Shown: positions 19,179-29,174 of the stretch, piece by piece | Layout of the letters: each line of letters starts with the position of its first letter | Position numbering within the stretch: the first letter of the stretch is position 1 | Assembly (NCBI GenBank): GCA_965648905.1 | Contig: CBFGIT010000012.1 | Coordinates: 31,209 to 95,208, forward strand | DNA from: a candidate division WOR-3 bacterium | Lineage (GTDB): Bacteria; Hydrothermota; Tepidihabitantia; Tepidihabitantales; Tepidihabitantaceae | DNA length: 64,000 bases | Direction: 5' to 3' | Made by a program: the position numbers and the translations under genes | Notes under the pieces: model-generated | The model's input: the letters and a program-made list of their open reading frames with translations, nothing else | Told to the model about the DNA's origin: nothing | Databases searched by the model: none

Positions 19179-19990
19179 GCAACCCGTACCAGCCGATTCC
19201 GGCCCGGATTCTCGAGACCCATGACGAGACTTCGAACATCAGAACGTTCAAGCTCAAGCCCGAGCAGGAGATACCGTTTCTCGCCGGCCAGTTCGTCGAG
19301 CTGACCGTGCCCGGATTCGGCGAGGCCCCGTTTACGCCCTCTTCCTCGCATTTCGAGCGCGAGACGTTTGACATGACGATCATGAAGGTCGGTCGCGCTA
19401 CCAGTGCATTGTTTGGTCTGAAACCCGGAGACACGGTCGGTGTGCGTGGGCCATATGGGCAGCGCTACCCGTTGGAGAAGTTCGAAGGCAAGGACATCTA
19501 CATTGTCGGCGGCGGCGTAGGGCTTGCTCCGCTGCGGGCGCTGTTTCTCGCGCTGGTCCATGAGATTGGCAAGTACCAGCGCATCTTCCTGCGCTATGGC
19601 GCACGTACTCCTCAGGACATTGTCTACAAGCACCTGCTGCCCGAGTGGCAGAAGATTCCCAAAGTCGACATTGACCTGTCGGTCGACGTCAGTGACGAGA
19701 AGTGGATGAAGAAGGTCGGTGTCGTTACCTGCTTGATGGACGAGATACCATGTGACGAGAAGACGAGCATCGCGGTCGTTTGCGGTCCGCCCATCATGAT
19801 GAAGTTTGTGAACCAGAAGCTGCTCGATGCCGGGTTCCAGCCTGAGAACATCTACTTGTCGATGGAGACCAACATGTCCTGTGGCGTGGGTCAGTGTCGG
19901 CATTGCCGGCTTGGGCCGTACTTGACCTGCAAAGACGGGCCGGTCTTGACCTGGGCACAGATAAAGGACATCGAGGAGCCATTCATCTGA
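19175..19990 (+). CDS. AsrB / sulfhydrogenase gamma (HydG)-like FAD/NAD(P)-binding [2Fe-2S] subunit
   Basis: GQFVEL, GEAPF, RGPYG, GGGVGLAPLR, CGPPIMM, MSCGVGQCRHC...CKDGPV. Confidence 0.9.
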   Translation: MSNPYQPIPARILETHDETSNIRTFKLKPEQEIPFLAGQFVELTVPGFGEAPFTPSSSHFERETFDMTIMKVGRATSALFGLKPGDTVGVRGPYGQRYPLEKFEGKDIYIVGGGVGLAPLRALFLALVHEIGKYQRIFLRYGARTPQDIVYKHLLPEWQKIPKVDIDLSVDVSDEKWMKKVGVVTCLMDEIPCDEKTSIAVVCGPPIMMKFVNQKLLDAGFQPENIYLSMETNMSCGVGQCRHCRLGPYLTCKDGPVLTWAQIKDIEEPFI

Positions 19991-21627
19991 TGCAGGCCAC
20001 GCGTACTACCTGCCCGTTCTGCCTTAACGGCTGTACCGCGGGCGTGGACTGGAACGGCGTCGAACACAAGATGCACTATTTCCCCGACGCCGAGGTCAAT
20101 CGGGGCAGGCTTTGTCCTCGCGGCAACAGTGCCAACATCGTTATTGACCACCGCGAGCGATTGTGTCGGCCACAGTTTGACGGGCGGGATATCACCTGGC
20201 CTGAAGCTGAGGCACTGGTACGTAGCTGGCTTTCGCAGACCAAGCCTGAGGACCTGGCAATCGTCTACAGCCGGGCACGTTCAGTGGGCGAGGTCCGCCG
20301 CATGCACGGCTTGGCGCGGGAGCTGGGTACGCCCAACCTTGTCTGCGGTCACATTGAGCCGGAGAACAGCTTCAACCACCGGCTCGAAGGTGTCGCCGAT
20401 GCCACCCTGGCCCAGGTCGAGGCCAGTCGCGCCATGCTGCTCGTTGGAGACGTGTTCAGCACCTCGCCGGTTGCGAGCTGGCGCATTCTCGACGCGCGCT
20501 ATGCTGACCGCAAGAACCGCCTGGTGGTTATCGACTCTATCCGGACGCGGCAGGCTGGGTTTGCTCACATGTTCGTCCAGGTCAAGCCGGGCACCGAGCC
20601 TCTTGCGCTCGTGGCACTGGCGGCTTTGATTGACCCGAAGGGATTGCCGGGTGTTGACGCGGACCGGTTGGCGAGTGTGGCGGGCACAAGCCGCGATGCA
20701 CTCGGCGCGGCCGCGGCGATGCTCAAACCCGAAGTCCCCGGATTCGTCGGTAGCGCGATGCACCCGGGCAGGGCTTTTCATCCGACGCTGCACAGTCTTG
20801 CAAGTCAGTTGGTTGCCAGAGCCGCGAACAAGCCTTTTATCGGTTTCCGCGAAACCGGTCTGCCGCCTGGGCCGATGCGGTTTGCTGAACTGCGCAAGGC
20901 AATGAGCGAAGGCAGGATCAGGATGCTCTTCTGGACCGGCGGTCTGTTCCCCTATAGCTACTCTGAGTTGCTTCCGGAATTGAGCAAGGTCGAGCATCTT
21001 GTTGCGACGTCGATATTCAGGCCGGACCCGCCGGTGCCGGGTCTAGTCCTGCCCTTGACCGCAGAGCTTGAGCGGGCGTCGGTCGGCAGTTCCTACTGGG
21101 GGCCGGTCGAGCGCTCAGCCCTGGCCTCGCCGCTGAGCGGAACCCGGGAGTTCGGCCAGGTGCTTGACTGGTTCGGCAGAGCGGCGGAGGCGGACGAGAT
21201 TCCAGCTAAGCCGGCATCGGTGAGCGAAGTCGTTGTGCTGGCGCAGAAGGCAGCGGGCTTCTTTCGTGATAATGCTGAATGGTTGCTCGTCGGTGAGAAG
21301 AAAGCCATTGGCCTGCGCGGGTTTCATGACCCGGAAGACACCGTGCTCGTCAACCGGTCCGACGCGGCCAGACTGCATGCCAATGACGCCAGTTTTGTGA
21401 AGGTCAAGAGCCTGAGTGCAGAAGTCGAGTTTCGGGTCCACGTGACCGACGCGGTGCCAGCCGGTGTGCTGGCGGTCGGCGTAAATGTGCACCGTAACCG
21501 CGCCTTGTTCCCACTGGCAGTTGATGAGCTCACCGGCGATGTTACGGTTACGCCGGTTTCGGTGTCGGTTGAGAAGACAGCCCGGGTTCCCACGGCTGGG
21601 AGCGAGAATCTCTCGGTGTGGTCGTGA
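19990..21627 (+). CDS. Molybdopterin-oxidoreductase-fold (NuoG/FdhF-like) subunit, probably without Mo/W cofactor
   Basis: N-terminal CPFCLNGC...NRGRLCPRG Fe4S4 motif; C-terminal molybdopterin-dinucleotide-binding-like domain; only 545 aa. Confidence 0.75.
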   Translation: MQATRTTCPFCLNGCTAGVDWNGVEHKMHYFPDAEVNRGRLCPRGNSANIVIDHRERLCRPQFDGRDITWPEAEALVRSWLSQTKPEDLAIVYSRARSVGEVRRMHGLARELGTPNLVCGHIEPENSFNHRLEGVADATLAQVEASRAMLLVGDVFSTSPVASWRILDARYADRKNRLVVIDSIRTRQAGFAHMFVQVKPGTEPLALVALAALIDPKGLPGVDADRLASVAGTSRDALGAAAAMLKPEVPGFVGSAMHPGRAFHPTLHSLASQLVARAANKPFIGFRETGLPPGPMRFAELRKAMSEGRIRMLFWTGGLFPYSYSELLPELSKVEHLVATSIFRPDPPVPGLVLPLTAELERASVGSSYWGPVERSALASPLSGTREFGQVLDWFGRAAEADEIPAKPASVSEVVVLAQKAAGFFRDNAEWLLVGEKKAIGLRGFHDPEDTVLVNRSDAARLHANDASFVKVKSLSAEVEFRVHVTDAVPAGVLAVGVNVHRNRALFPLAVDELTGDVTVTPVSVSVEKTARVPTAGSENLSVWS

Positions 21628-22088
21628 AGCGCATTGTTCTTCGGCTGGACTACTGTATCGGCTGCCGGTCGTGCGAGGCGGCCTGCCGAAGCCGGTTCAA
21701 GGGCGAGGCGAGGATCGGCGTTGCCGAATTGAATTCCACAACCCTGCTCGCCCAGGGCTGCCGCCATTGCGACGAACCGCTGTGTGCGGCGGCGTGTCCG
21801 TTCCAGGTGATTGTCCGTAACCCGGAGACCGGGATTGTACGCAAATCCGACTTCCATTGCGTCGGCTGCCGGTCGTGCACGCTCGCCTGTCCGTTCGGAG
21901 TTATTGAGCCCGGACTTGTGCGTCACATGTCCCAGAAGTGCACCTTGTGCAGCGACCGCCCTGAAGGGCCGCGCTGCGTCACCTCGTGTCCGACCGGTGC
22001 CCTGCAGTTCGTCGAGGAGCCTGAAAAGCCGGAGAAACGAACCGGAGCCCGCTACTTGTCACGCCATGCCCACTGGAGGAGAACATGA
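21618..22088 (+). CDS. HycB/HydN-like 4x[4Fe-4S] electron-transfer subunit
   Basis: CIGCRSCEAAC, CRHCDEPLCAAACP, CVGCRSCTLACP, KCTLC...CVTSCP. Confidence 0.9.
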   Translation: MVVKRIVLRLDYCIGCRSCEAACRSRFKGEARIGVAELNSTTLLAQGCRHCDEPLCAAACPFQVIVRNPETGIVRKSDFHCVGCRSCTLACPFGVIEPGLVRHMSQKCTLCSDRPEGPRCVTSCPTGALQFVEEPEKPEKRTGARYLSRHAHWRRT

Positions 22089-23014
22089 TTGGCTGGACCG
22101 GGTGGAAGCTCGCATTCGCTTTCCTTGTGTTCCCGGGCTTTCTGTTCAGCGCCGTGGTCGGCATGGTGCTGACCTGGGTTGACCGGTTTGTGTCGGCTCG
22201 GGTCCAGTGGCGCAAAGGGCCGCCGTTCTATCAGCCGTTCGCGGACTTTCTGAAGCTGATGCTCAAGCAGACTGTCGTGCCTGACGGGGCAGCCCGGACC
22301 ACTTTCCTGCTCGCACCGCTGCTCGGCCTGGTGGCGATGTGCCTGACCGCAGTGATGCTGTTCTACGCCAACTTCTTCCCGTACATATCTTTTGCCGGCG
22401 ACCTGATTGTGCTGGTGTACCTGTTCGCGCTGCCGCCGCTGGCGCTGATACTCGGGGCGTCGGCATCGCGGAACCCTCTGTCTGCGGTCGGGGCTTCGCG
22501 TGAGATGACGCTCTACCTCGGATACGAACTACCGTTTCTCTTGGCGCTTGCCGTGCCGGTCATCAGGAGCCATGGAGCGTTTCGCATCGGTGACCTCGTG
22601 CTCGCTCAGCAGGCTTCGGGGCCTTTCCTTAATTCGATATCCGGCGTTATCGCCGCCGTCATCGTCCTGATTTGCATTCAGGCCAAACTTGGGTATCCTC
22701 CGTTCGACATTGCTGAAGCTGAACAGGAAATCATGTCCGGAGTACTGATTGAATACTCGGGCGCGCCGCTGGCCGCGTTCCGGCTGGCGCGGGCGATGAT
22801 GCTTCTACTGCTGCCCTTGTTTCTTGTTACTCTCTTCTGGGGCGGGTTGGTGAGCTGGTGGGCGGTTCTTAAGTTTCTACTCGTTGTCGTCTTGGTTGTG
22901 CTCATCAAGAACACCAATCCGAGGCTCAAGATTGACCACGCGCTGCGGTTCTTCTGGTTGATACTCGCGCCGCTGGGCGTGGCGGCGGTGGTTCTGGCGT
23001 TCGCAGGACTATGA
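22085..23014 (+). CDS. Membrane anchor subunit (NuoH/HycD/MbhM family)
   Basis: ARVQWRKGPP.YQPFADFLKL, GASRE, PFDIAEAEQEI..G..IEYSG, PRLKID. Confidence 0.92.
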   Translation: MIGWTGWKLAFAFLVFPGFLFSAVVGMVLTWVDRFVSARVQWRKGPPFYQPFADFLKLMLKQTVVPDGAARTTFLLAPLLGLVAMCLTAVMLFYANFFPYISFAGDLIVLVYLFALPPLALILGASASRNPLSAVGASREMTLYLGYELPFLLALAVPVIRSHGAFRIGDLVLAQQASGPFLNSISGVIAAVIVLICIQAKLGYPPFDIAEAEQEIMSGVLIEYSGAPLAAFRLARAMMLLLLPLFLVTLFWGGLVSWWAVLKFLLVVVLVVLIKNTNPRLKIDHALRFFWLILAPLGVAAVVLAFAGL

Positions 23015-23427
23015 AAGACGCGCGCATCTGGGGTCTGAAGAAGTCGCCGTGGGTGTATCACCTGGCCGCAGCACCGTGTAACAACTGCGACATCGAGATA
23101 CTGGAGCTTCTGACCCCGCGCTACGACGTCGAGCGGTTTGGAGTTGTACTCGTGGGCTCGCCGCGTCATGCCGATGCGCTGCTCGTGACCGGTGTGCTGA
23201 ATCGCAAGTCCCTGCCTCGGGTGCTCGAAGTCTACGAGCAGACACCGAAGCCCTGTCTCGTGATCGGCATCGGTACGTGCGCCTGCGGCAAGCAGATTTT
23301 CCGCAATTCCTACAATGTCGTTGGTCCATATGACAAGTACATGCCGGTGCACGCGTACATCCCGGGCTGTCCGCCCAAGCCTGAAGCAATGCTGCTCGGG
23401 GTTGTGAAGGCGTTGAGTAAGCTATGA
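23011..23427 (+). CDS. Group 4 [NiFe]-hydrogenase small subunit (MbhJ/HycG/NuoB family)
   Basis: CNNCDIE, RYDVERFG, SPRHAD, GTCA, PGCPPKPEA. Confidence 0.93.
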   Translation: MKDARIWGLKKSPWVYHLAAAPCNNCDIEILELLTPRYDVERFGVVLVGSPRHADALLVTGVLNRKSLPRVLEVYEQTPKPCLVIGIGTCACGKQIFRNSYNVVGPYDKYMPVHAYIPGCPPKPEAMLLGVVKALSKL

Positions 23428-23876
23428 GAGAAGCCGAAGCCAAGCTGAAGCAGCTCGTACCAGTGGCCGACGTGTACGAGCACAATCCGCGGCGGCTGTA
23501 CATTAGGATACCGCGCGAGCGGCTGACCGAAGCAGCCAAGTTGCTGCACCGGGAGTTTGGCATGCGGCTCTCGATCTGCACCGGCATCGACACCCGCGAC
23601 GGGTTCGAGGTGCTGTATCACTTTTCGGACGACAAGGCCGGGACGATGTACACGCTTAAGGTTCTGGCGCCGAAAGATGACCCGCGGATTGAATCGCAGG
23701 CGACCTGGTTTCCGGCCGCAGATTGGATTGAGCGTGAGATGCACGAGCTCCTCGGCATCGAATTCCCGGGACACCCCAATCTGATACCTCTGCTAACATC
23801 CGACGCCGACTGGGAAGGCGGCAAGTACCCGCTGCGACGGGATTACGAGCGCAGGAACGAGGCTCATGAGCGATAG
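23424..23876 (+). CDS. NuoC/MbhK-like subunit
   Basis: EVLYHF, ADWIEREMHELLGIEFPGHPN, YPLRRD. Confidence 0.9.
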   Translation: MREAEAKLKQLVPVADVYEHNPRRLYIRIPRERLTEAAKLLHREFGMRLSICTGIDTRDGFEVLYHFSDDKAGTMYTLKVLAPKDDPRIESQATWFPAADWIEREMHELLGIEFPGHPNLIPLLTSDADWEGGKYPLRRDYERRNEAHER

Positions 23877-25044
23877 GCGCATCGTCCCGATCGGTCCGTA
23901 TCACCCGCTACAGGAGGAACCGGAGTTTTTCAAGCTGATTGTCGAGGGCGAGAAGGTCGTGGACCTGGAGATAAACCTTGGCTACAATCATCGGGGGCAT
24001 GAGTTCATCTCGCCTGAGCTGACCTACGACCAGATCCCGTTCCTGGTCGAGCGGATCTGCGGCATTTGCTCAAACTCCCATCCGCTTGCCTGCGTGCTGG
24101 CGGTCGAGGATTGTGCCGGCATCAAACCGCCACCCCGGGCCGACTACATTCGTTCGATTGTGCATGAGCTGGAGCGGATTCACTCGCACCTGCTCTGGGT
24201 CGGGCTGGCCGGCCACTTCATCGGCTACAACACGGTCTGGATGTGGGCATGGCGGTACCGCGAACACATTCTTGAGGTGTTCGAGATGATTACCGGCAAC
24301 AGGAACCACTACGCGGCGAACAAGCCGGGCGGCGTCAGGCGCGATATCAAGCCCGAGCAGGTTCCGCAGATACTTGCGGCATTGGACTTGGCCGAAAAGA
24401 AGACGATGATGCTGACCAAAGCGGTACTCGACGACCCGGTCATCCGCTCGCGCCTTGAGGGTGTGGGGGTGTTGACCCGTGAGCAGGCGATTGCCTATTC
24501 GGTTACCGGGCCGACGGCTCGTCCGTCGGGCGTCGACATCGACGTGCGGCGCGACGACCCGCACGCCGCCTATGACAAGGTGCCATGGAACGTCATCGTG
24601 CTGACCGAGGGTGACGTGTTCGCCAAGGCCAAGGCGCGGCTTCTGGAGATATTCGAGTCGGTCAAGATCATCAGGGCCTGTCTTAAGGACATGCCGGACG
24701 GGCCAATTGAGACGAGGATTGACGAAGTGCCGCCGGGCGAGGGCATCGGTCGCACTGAAGCGCCAAGGGGTGAGGTGTTCCACTACATTCGATCTGACGG
24801 GACGAACCGGCCCCTGCGACACAAGGTGCGGGCACCAAGCTACATGAACATCGCCTCGAATGTGGTTGCTGTGCGAGGCGGCTCGATTGCCGACGCGGCC
24901 CTGACTCTGGCCGCAGTCGATCCGTGCTACTGCTGCACCGAGCGCATGGCCGCCTTTGAGAATGGACGGCTGAAGTACTCGGGCAAGGACCTACTTCGGC
25001 TGTCGTGGCAGAGAACCGAGTCCCTGAAAGGCAGGTTCAAGTGA
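23866..25044 (+). CDS. Group 4 [NiFe]-hydrogenase large subunit (MbhL/HycE family)
   Basis: PIGPYHP, L1 ERICGICS, ELERIHSH, EAPRGE, L2 DPCYCCTER followed by a C-terminal extension. Confidence 0.95.
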   Translation: MSDRRIVPIGPYHPLQEEPEFFKLIVEGEKVVDLEINLGYNHRGHEFISPELTYDQIPFLVERICGICSNSHPLACVLAVEDCAGIKPPPRADYIRSIVHELERIHSHLLWVGLAGHFIGYNTVWMWAWRYREHILEVFEMITGNRNHYAANKPGGVRRDIKPEQVPQILAALDLAEKKTMMLTKAVLDDPVIRSRLEGVGVLTREQAIAYSVTGPTARPSGVDIDVRRDDPHAAYDKVPWNVIVLTEGDVFAKAKARLLEIFESVKIIRACLKDMPDGPIETRIDEVPPGEGIGRTEAPRGEVFHYIRSDGTNRPLRHKVRAPSYMNIASNVVAVRGGSIADAALTLAAVDPCYCCTERMAAFENGRLKYSGKDLLRLSWQRTESLKGRFK

Positions 25045-26276
25045 GTTTCGGGGGCTGGTTCGAGTTCACCGGTGGGGCAATCCATGGCTATGTCGCAGCC
25101 GTGTTCTGCCTGGTTGGCGCGGCTGCGCTGCTGTATTCCCTGGTACGGCTGCGTGGTCGAGGTGCCGGGCTGGTTGAGTACACCGTCTTCTTGCTCCTGC
25201 TTGTTGTGAGTGCGCTCGGCGTGGTCTACGCGCAGAACCTGGTTGTGGTCTTTGCCCTGTGGGAGATTGCTACCTTCGCGCTTTGGCGTCTGGTCGCCTT
25301 TTTCCGGTCCGACGACGACGTGAACGCCGGTGCCTGGGCCTGGTACGTTAACTTCGGCGCCGCGGCAATGATGCTCGTGGGGCTGGCGCTGATTCTCGTC
25401 GAGAACGGCAGCCTGAACTTCGGCGCGCTGCGTGGTCAGGAAATCACCTGGGCACCGGCCGTGCTCATCTTCATCGGCATTCTCGCTAAGTCCGCCACTC
25501 TGCCGTTGCATGTCTGGCTGCCCAGAGCGTACCGGGCTGCGCCGGCGCCGGTGTGTGCTTTGCTCTCCGGCGTTGCCGAGAACCTTGGTGTCGTGCTGTT
25601 TCTGAAGCTGTTTGTTGCCGCCATGATTCCACCCGTTGGGTTCATGGAAATGGTCGCGGTGCTGGCACTGGTCTCGAGCCTTATGGCCGGCGGCTTGGCG
25701 CTTCAGTCCGGTTCGCTGCGATCAGTGCTTGCTTACTCAACAATCGGGCAGCTTGGATTCATATTCCTGGGGCTGGCGCTGACCGGCTACTACGGCCTGC
25801 TTGGTGCACTCACCTACCTTGCAGCCCATGCGGTCGCCAAGTCGGGACTCTTCTTCGCCGTGGGCGCGGTTGAAGACGCGACCGGGAAAGTGGAGCTTCA
25901 GGATCTTGGCGGGATGTACCGTAGGGCCCCGGTCCTGGCCGGAGCCACGGGGATGCTGGTGCTTTCGATTGTCGGGCTGCCACCCTTCCTGGGTTTCTTT
26001 GCCAAGCTCGGGGTACTGATTGCCGCGGTCCGGCACAGCCTGGTGCTCGGCCTTGTGGCGGTAGCCGCGGCGCTGTTCACCGTGCTCTACCTGGCGCGGT
26101 TCTATTCTCGCGTCTTCCTCGGCTCGGCGCCCGAACACGAGCTGCAGCCGGTCGGTCTGACTCCCACCGCCATCGCGGTTGTAATGGCGGCGGTCTCGCT
26201 GGCAGCGGGCATTTTCTACTACTTGTCGGTTGGCGTTCTTGAGAAGGGTGTGACTTCTCTCGCCGGGGTAATCTGA
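25041..26276 (+). CDS. Antiporter-like membrane subunit (NuoL/M/N-MrpA/D family), short form
   Basis: LWEIAT, AKSATLPLHVWLP.AY..APAPV.ALLSG, LAYSTIGQLG, AHAVAKSGLF, PPFLGFFAK. Start GTG overlaps the upstream stop. Confidence 0.88.
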   Translation: MSFGGWFEFTGGAIHGYVAAVFCLVGAAALLYSLVRLRGRGAGLVEYTVFLLLLVVSALGVVYAQNLVVVFALWEIATFALWRLVAFFRSDDDVNAGAWAWYVNFGAAAMMLVGLALILVENGSLNFGALRGQEITWAPAVLIFIGILAKSATLPLHVWLPRAYRAAPAPVCALLSGVAENLGVVLFLKLFVAAMIPPVGFMEMVAVLALVSSLMAGGLALQSGSLRSVLAYSTIGQLGFIFLGLALTGYYGLLGALTYLAAHAVAKSGLFFAVGAVEDATGKVELQDLGGMYRRAPVLAGATGMLVLSIVGLPPFLGFFAKLGVLIAAVRHSLVLGLVAVAAALFTVLYLARFYSRVFLGSAPEHELQPVGLTPTAIAVVMAAVSLAAGIFYYLSVGVLEKGVTSLAGVI

Positions 26277-28177
26277 TGCATCCCTTTCTGCTGATCATAC
26301 TCATTCCGGTTGCCGCGGGGCTGCTCGGATATCTCGCCGGCCGTTTGCGCAATGAGTTCAGCTTCATCGGTGCGGTCATCACGCTCTACTACGCGGTGCG
26401 GCTGTTCTTCCAGTCACGCCACAGCGTGCTGATGCTTGAACCCGCGGCCACGGCCGGGATACCGATTGCCTTCCGGCTCGACGCGCTCTCGGGGTTCCTG
26501 TTGCTGTTCATTGCGGTTTTTGCCGTCCTGGTGATGGTGTTCTCCTTCCGCTACATGAAGGGCCGTGACGGTCTGCGCGGCTACTATCTGTACATGCTCT
26601 TGGCCCTGGCATGCGCGAACGGCGTGGTCCTGGCTGCGAACCTGGTCGTGTTGTTGTTCTTCTGGGGTGCGATGCTCGCGGTTGTCTACGGGCTGCTCCT
26701 TGTCGGCCGGCAGGGTTCGGAGGCGGTCGCCACCAAGGCTCTGGTGTTGGTCGGCCTGTCGGATTTCCTAATGCTTGCCGGCATTGCCTTGCTGGTGCGA
26801 AGCAACTGGATCGATCTTGTGCCGGCCGTGCCCATGGCTTTGCACCAGCCGATGAATGTTGCCGCGTTCCTGCTCATTGTGGCTGGCGCTCTTGCCAAGG
26901 CCGGCTCGATGCCGTTCCACTCCTGGATTCCGGCAGCAGCAGAAACTGCTCCGGCCACGGTAATGGCCTATGTCCCGGCCTCGCTCGACAAGCTGCTTGG
27001 TATCTACCTGCTGACGCGACTGGCGACCTACATGTTCGACATCGGAGGCAACATCGCGGTCAAGAACAGTTTGATGGCGATCGGGTCGGTCACGATTCTC
27101 GGCGCGGTGATGATGGCCTTGGTGCAGAAGCGGGTGATGAAGCTGCTTTCGTTTCACGCCGTCTCGCAGGTCGGCTACATGGTTCTGGGAATTGGGACCG
27201 GCATTCCGGTCGGGATTGCCGGGGGGCTGTTTCACATGCTGAACCACGCCATTTACAAGGCCGGCCTCTTCTTGTCTGCGGGTTCGGTGGAGCACTGGGC
27301 CAGGACCGATGAGATTGACAGGCTCGGTGGCGTGGCTGGCCAGATGCCCGTCACTTTCCTATCCTTCCTGGTGTGCGCCATGGCCATCTCAGGGGTACCG
27401 CCGCTCAATGGATTTGCCTCAAAATGGATGGTGTATCAGGGAGTGATTGGAGCCGGACGCGACGGCAATGGGCTGGCCGTAGTTTTTCTGGTCTGCGCCA
27501 TGCTTGGCAGCGTGCTGACCCTGGCTTCCTTCCTAAAATTGCTGCACTCGATGTTTTTCGGCCAGCGGCCCGACGGGCTGGCCAAGGTTCGCGAGGTCGG
27601 GTTCGCCATGTGGCTGCCGCCGGCGGTGCTGGCGGCATTGTGCGTTGTGTTCGGAATTGGTGCCTGGCAGTTGCCCCTGCGTGGGTTCATCTATCCGAGC
27701 CTGCCGATGTTGATTGAAGTGCCGGGAGTCTGGCAGCCGCTGCTCGTCACTCTGCTGATGCTCGTGGCGCTGGCGCTGGGCGTGATTGTGTACCTGCTGG
27801 GCACGGGCACGAAGCCGGTGGCAGCTCGGACGTTCGTTGGCGGAGAGAGGATTGCCGACAACGAAGAGAGTCGCGTGACCGGCACGGCATTCTATTCACC
27901 GGTCAAGCACCTGCCGATTCTGGACGACCTGCTCAGGTTCGGTGGCTCCGGTTCTTTCGACCTGTACAACTGGCTGGTCGGTGCCGCACACGGTCTGGCC
28001 GCGGTGTTCCAGGGCCTGGTTGAAGACGTGCTGCAGTTGCTTTACCGCGCACTTGGTCTGCTTACTGCGGCAGCCGGGCGGTTGCTCTCCAGTCTGTCAA
28101 CCGGCAGCCTGCCCCTCTACGTCGCCTGGGTTTTCATTGGCGGAATGGTGTTCTTTCTGGTGTTGATGCTGAGGTAG
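26276..28177 (+). CDS. Antiporter-like membrane subunit (HyfB/NuoL-like)
   Basis: KAGSMPFHSWIP, DKLLG, FHAVSQVGY, NHAIYK, PPLNGFASKW. Confidence 0.88.
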   Translation: MHPFLLIILIPVAAGLLGYLAGRLRNEFSFIGAVITLYYAVRLFFQSRHSVLMLEPAATAGIPIAFRLDALSGFLLLFIAVFAVLVMVFSFRYMKGRDGLRGYYLYMLLALACANGVVLAANLVVLLFFWGAMLAVVYGLLLVGRQGSEAVATKALVLVGLSDFLMLAGIALLVRSNWIDLVPAVPMALHQPMNVAAFLLIVAGALAKAGSMPFHSWIPAAAETAPATVMAYVPASLDKLLGIYLLTRLATYMFDIGGNIAVKNSLMAIGSVTILGAVMMALVQKRVMKLLSFHAVSQVGYMVLGIGTGIPVGIAGGLFHMLNHAIYKAGLFLSAGSVEHWARTDEIDRLGGVAGQMPVTFLSFLVCAMAISGVPPLNGFASKWMVYQGVIGAGRDGNGLAVVFLVCAMLGSVLTLASFLKLLHSMFFGQRPDGLAKVREVGFAMWLPPAVLAALCVVFGIGAWQLPLRGFIYPSLPMLIEVPGVWQPLLVTLLMLVALALGVIVYLLGTGTKPVAARTFVGGERIADNEESRVTGTAFYSPVKHLPILDDLLRFGGSGSFDLYNWLVGAAHGLAAVFQGLVEDVLQLLYRALGLLTAAAGRLLSSLSTGSLPLYVAWVFIGGMVFFLVLMLR

Positions 28178-28180
28178 TGA

Positions 28181-28729
28181 ATGACTGAGTCTTACGTCCT
28201 GCTGGCCGCGATGCTTGCCGCCGCCATTGTGGCAATCGAGATCAATGACCTGCTGGCTGCGGCCGTGGCACTGGGCATCGTCGGGTTCAGCGTGGCGATC
28301 ATGTTCATCCTGCTGCAGGCTCCGGACCTGGCAATCGTCCAGATTGCGGTTGAGGTGCTTACCGTGGTTTTCTTTGCCGCGGTCATTCTGCGGACGACCA
28401 ACATTGATACGACAATTGCTGAGCCTTTCAAGCGCGAGCTTGTGCTACCGACCGTCGTTTTCGCCGCGTTTGGGACATTTCTGCTCGTGCTGGCCGGTAT
28501 GGTGCTGCGTGAGTTGCCGCCACTTGGCAGTCCGACCATGATGGTGGCAAGTCAGTACATTCTACACGGTCTGGAGCGCACCGGAGCGGCAAATGTCGTT
28601 GCTGCGATTATCCTGGACTTCCGTGGTTACGATACCCTCGGTGAGGCGACCGTGCTCTTCACTGCCGTTGTCGGCGTGCTGACCGTCATGAGGCGTTCGG
28701 GTCGGAAGTCGGCAGGAGAGGGAGCATAG
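28181..28729 (+). CDS. DUF4040 + MbhE (MrpA C-terminal part) subunit
   Basis: LQAPDLAIVQIAVE, NVVAAIILDFRGYDTLGE. Confidence 0.88.
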   Translation: MTESYVLLAAMLAAAIVAIEINDLLAAAVALGIVGFSVAIMFILLQAPDLAIVQIAVEVLTVVFFAAVILRTTNIDTTIAEPFKRELVLPTVVFAAFGTFLLVLAGMVLRELPPLGSPTMMVASQYILHGLERTGAANVVAAIILDFRGYDTLGEATVLFTAVVGVLTVMRRSGRKSAGEGA

Positions 28730-28731
28730 CG

Positions 28732-29172
28732 ATGCGTGGCATGTCGACGATTGTCCAGGTAGTTGCCCACCTGCTTGCCGGCCTGCTGTTTCTGTATGGT
28801 GTCTACATCGTTCTCCACGGCCACCTCACGCCGGGCGGCGGTTTTGCCGGTGGTGTGCTGATTGCCGCGGCTTTCATACTTATGTCGCTGGCCTTTGGTT
28901 CGGTCGAGCAAGCCGAGAAGAGCTCCTACACATTCTCCTCGATCTTCGAGAGCCTGGGCGGGGTAGCATTTGTCGTTCTGGCCCTGACCGGGCTGATTGC
29001 CTGCGGCTATTTCTTCAAGAATGAGCTCGTATACTACACCGGGGTACCATTGCATCTGGTTTCCGGTGGTATCATCCTGCCAGCCAATGTCGCTATCGGC
29101 ATCAAGGTCGGGGCCGGACTGGTGGCGATATTCCTGGCCCTCGGCGCATCCCGGTTCGTGATGAAGGACTAG
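28732..29172 (+). CDS. mnhB: Mrp antiporter subunit B (MbhF-like)
   Basis: HGHLTPGGGFAGG, IGIKV. Confidence 0.9.
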   Translation: MRGMSTIVQVVAHLLAGLLFLYGVYIVLHGHLTPGGGFAGGVLIAAAFILMSLAFGSVEQAEKSSYTFSSIFESLGGVAFVVLALTGLIACGYFFKNELVYYTGVPLHLVSGGIILPANVAIGIKVGAGLVAIFLALGASRFVMKD

Positions 29173-29174
29173 GC

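Noticed and set aside
19990..21627. Formate dehydrogenase / formate hydrogenlyase or selenoprotein call
   Set aside because: Too short, no recognisable Fdh catalytic motif, and no in-frame TGA or SECIS.
23866..25044. Complex I NuoD or MBS/Mbx sulfur reductase
   Set aside because: Both CxxC Ni-binding motifs are intact and a cleavable C-terminal tail follows, as in true hydrogenases.
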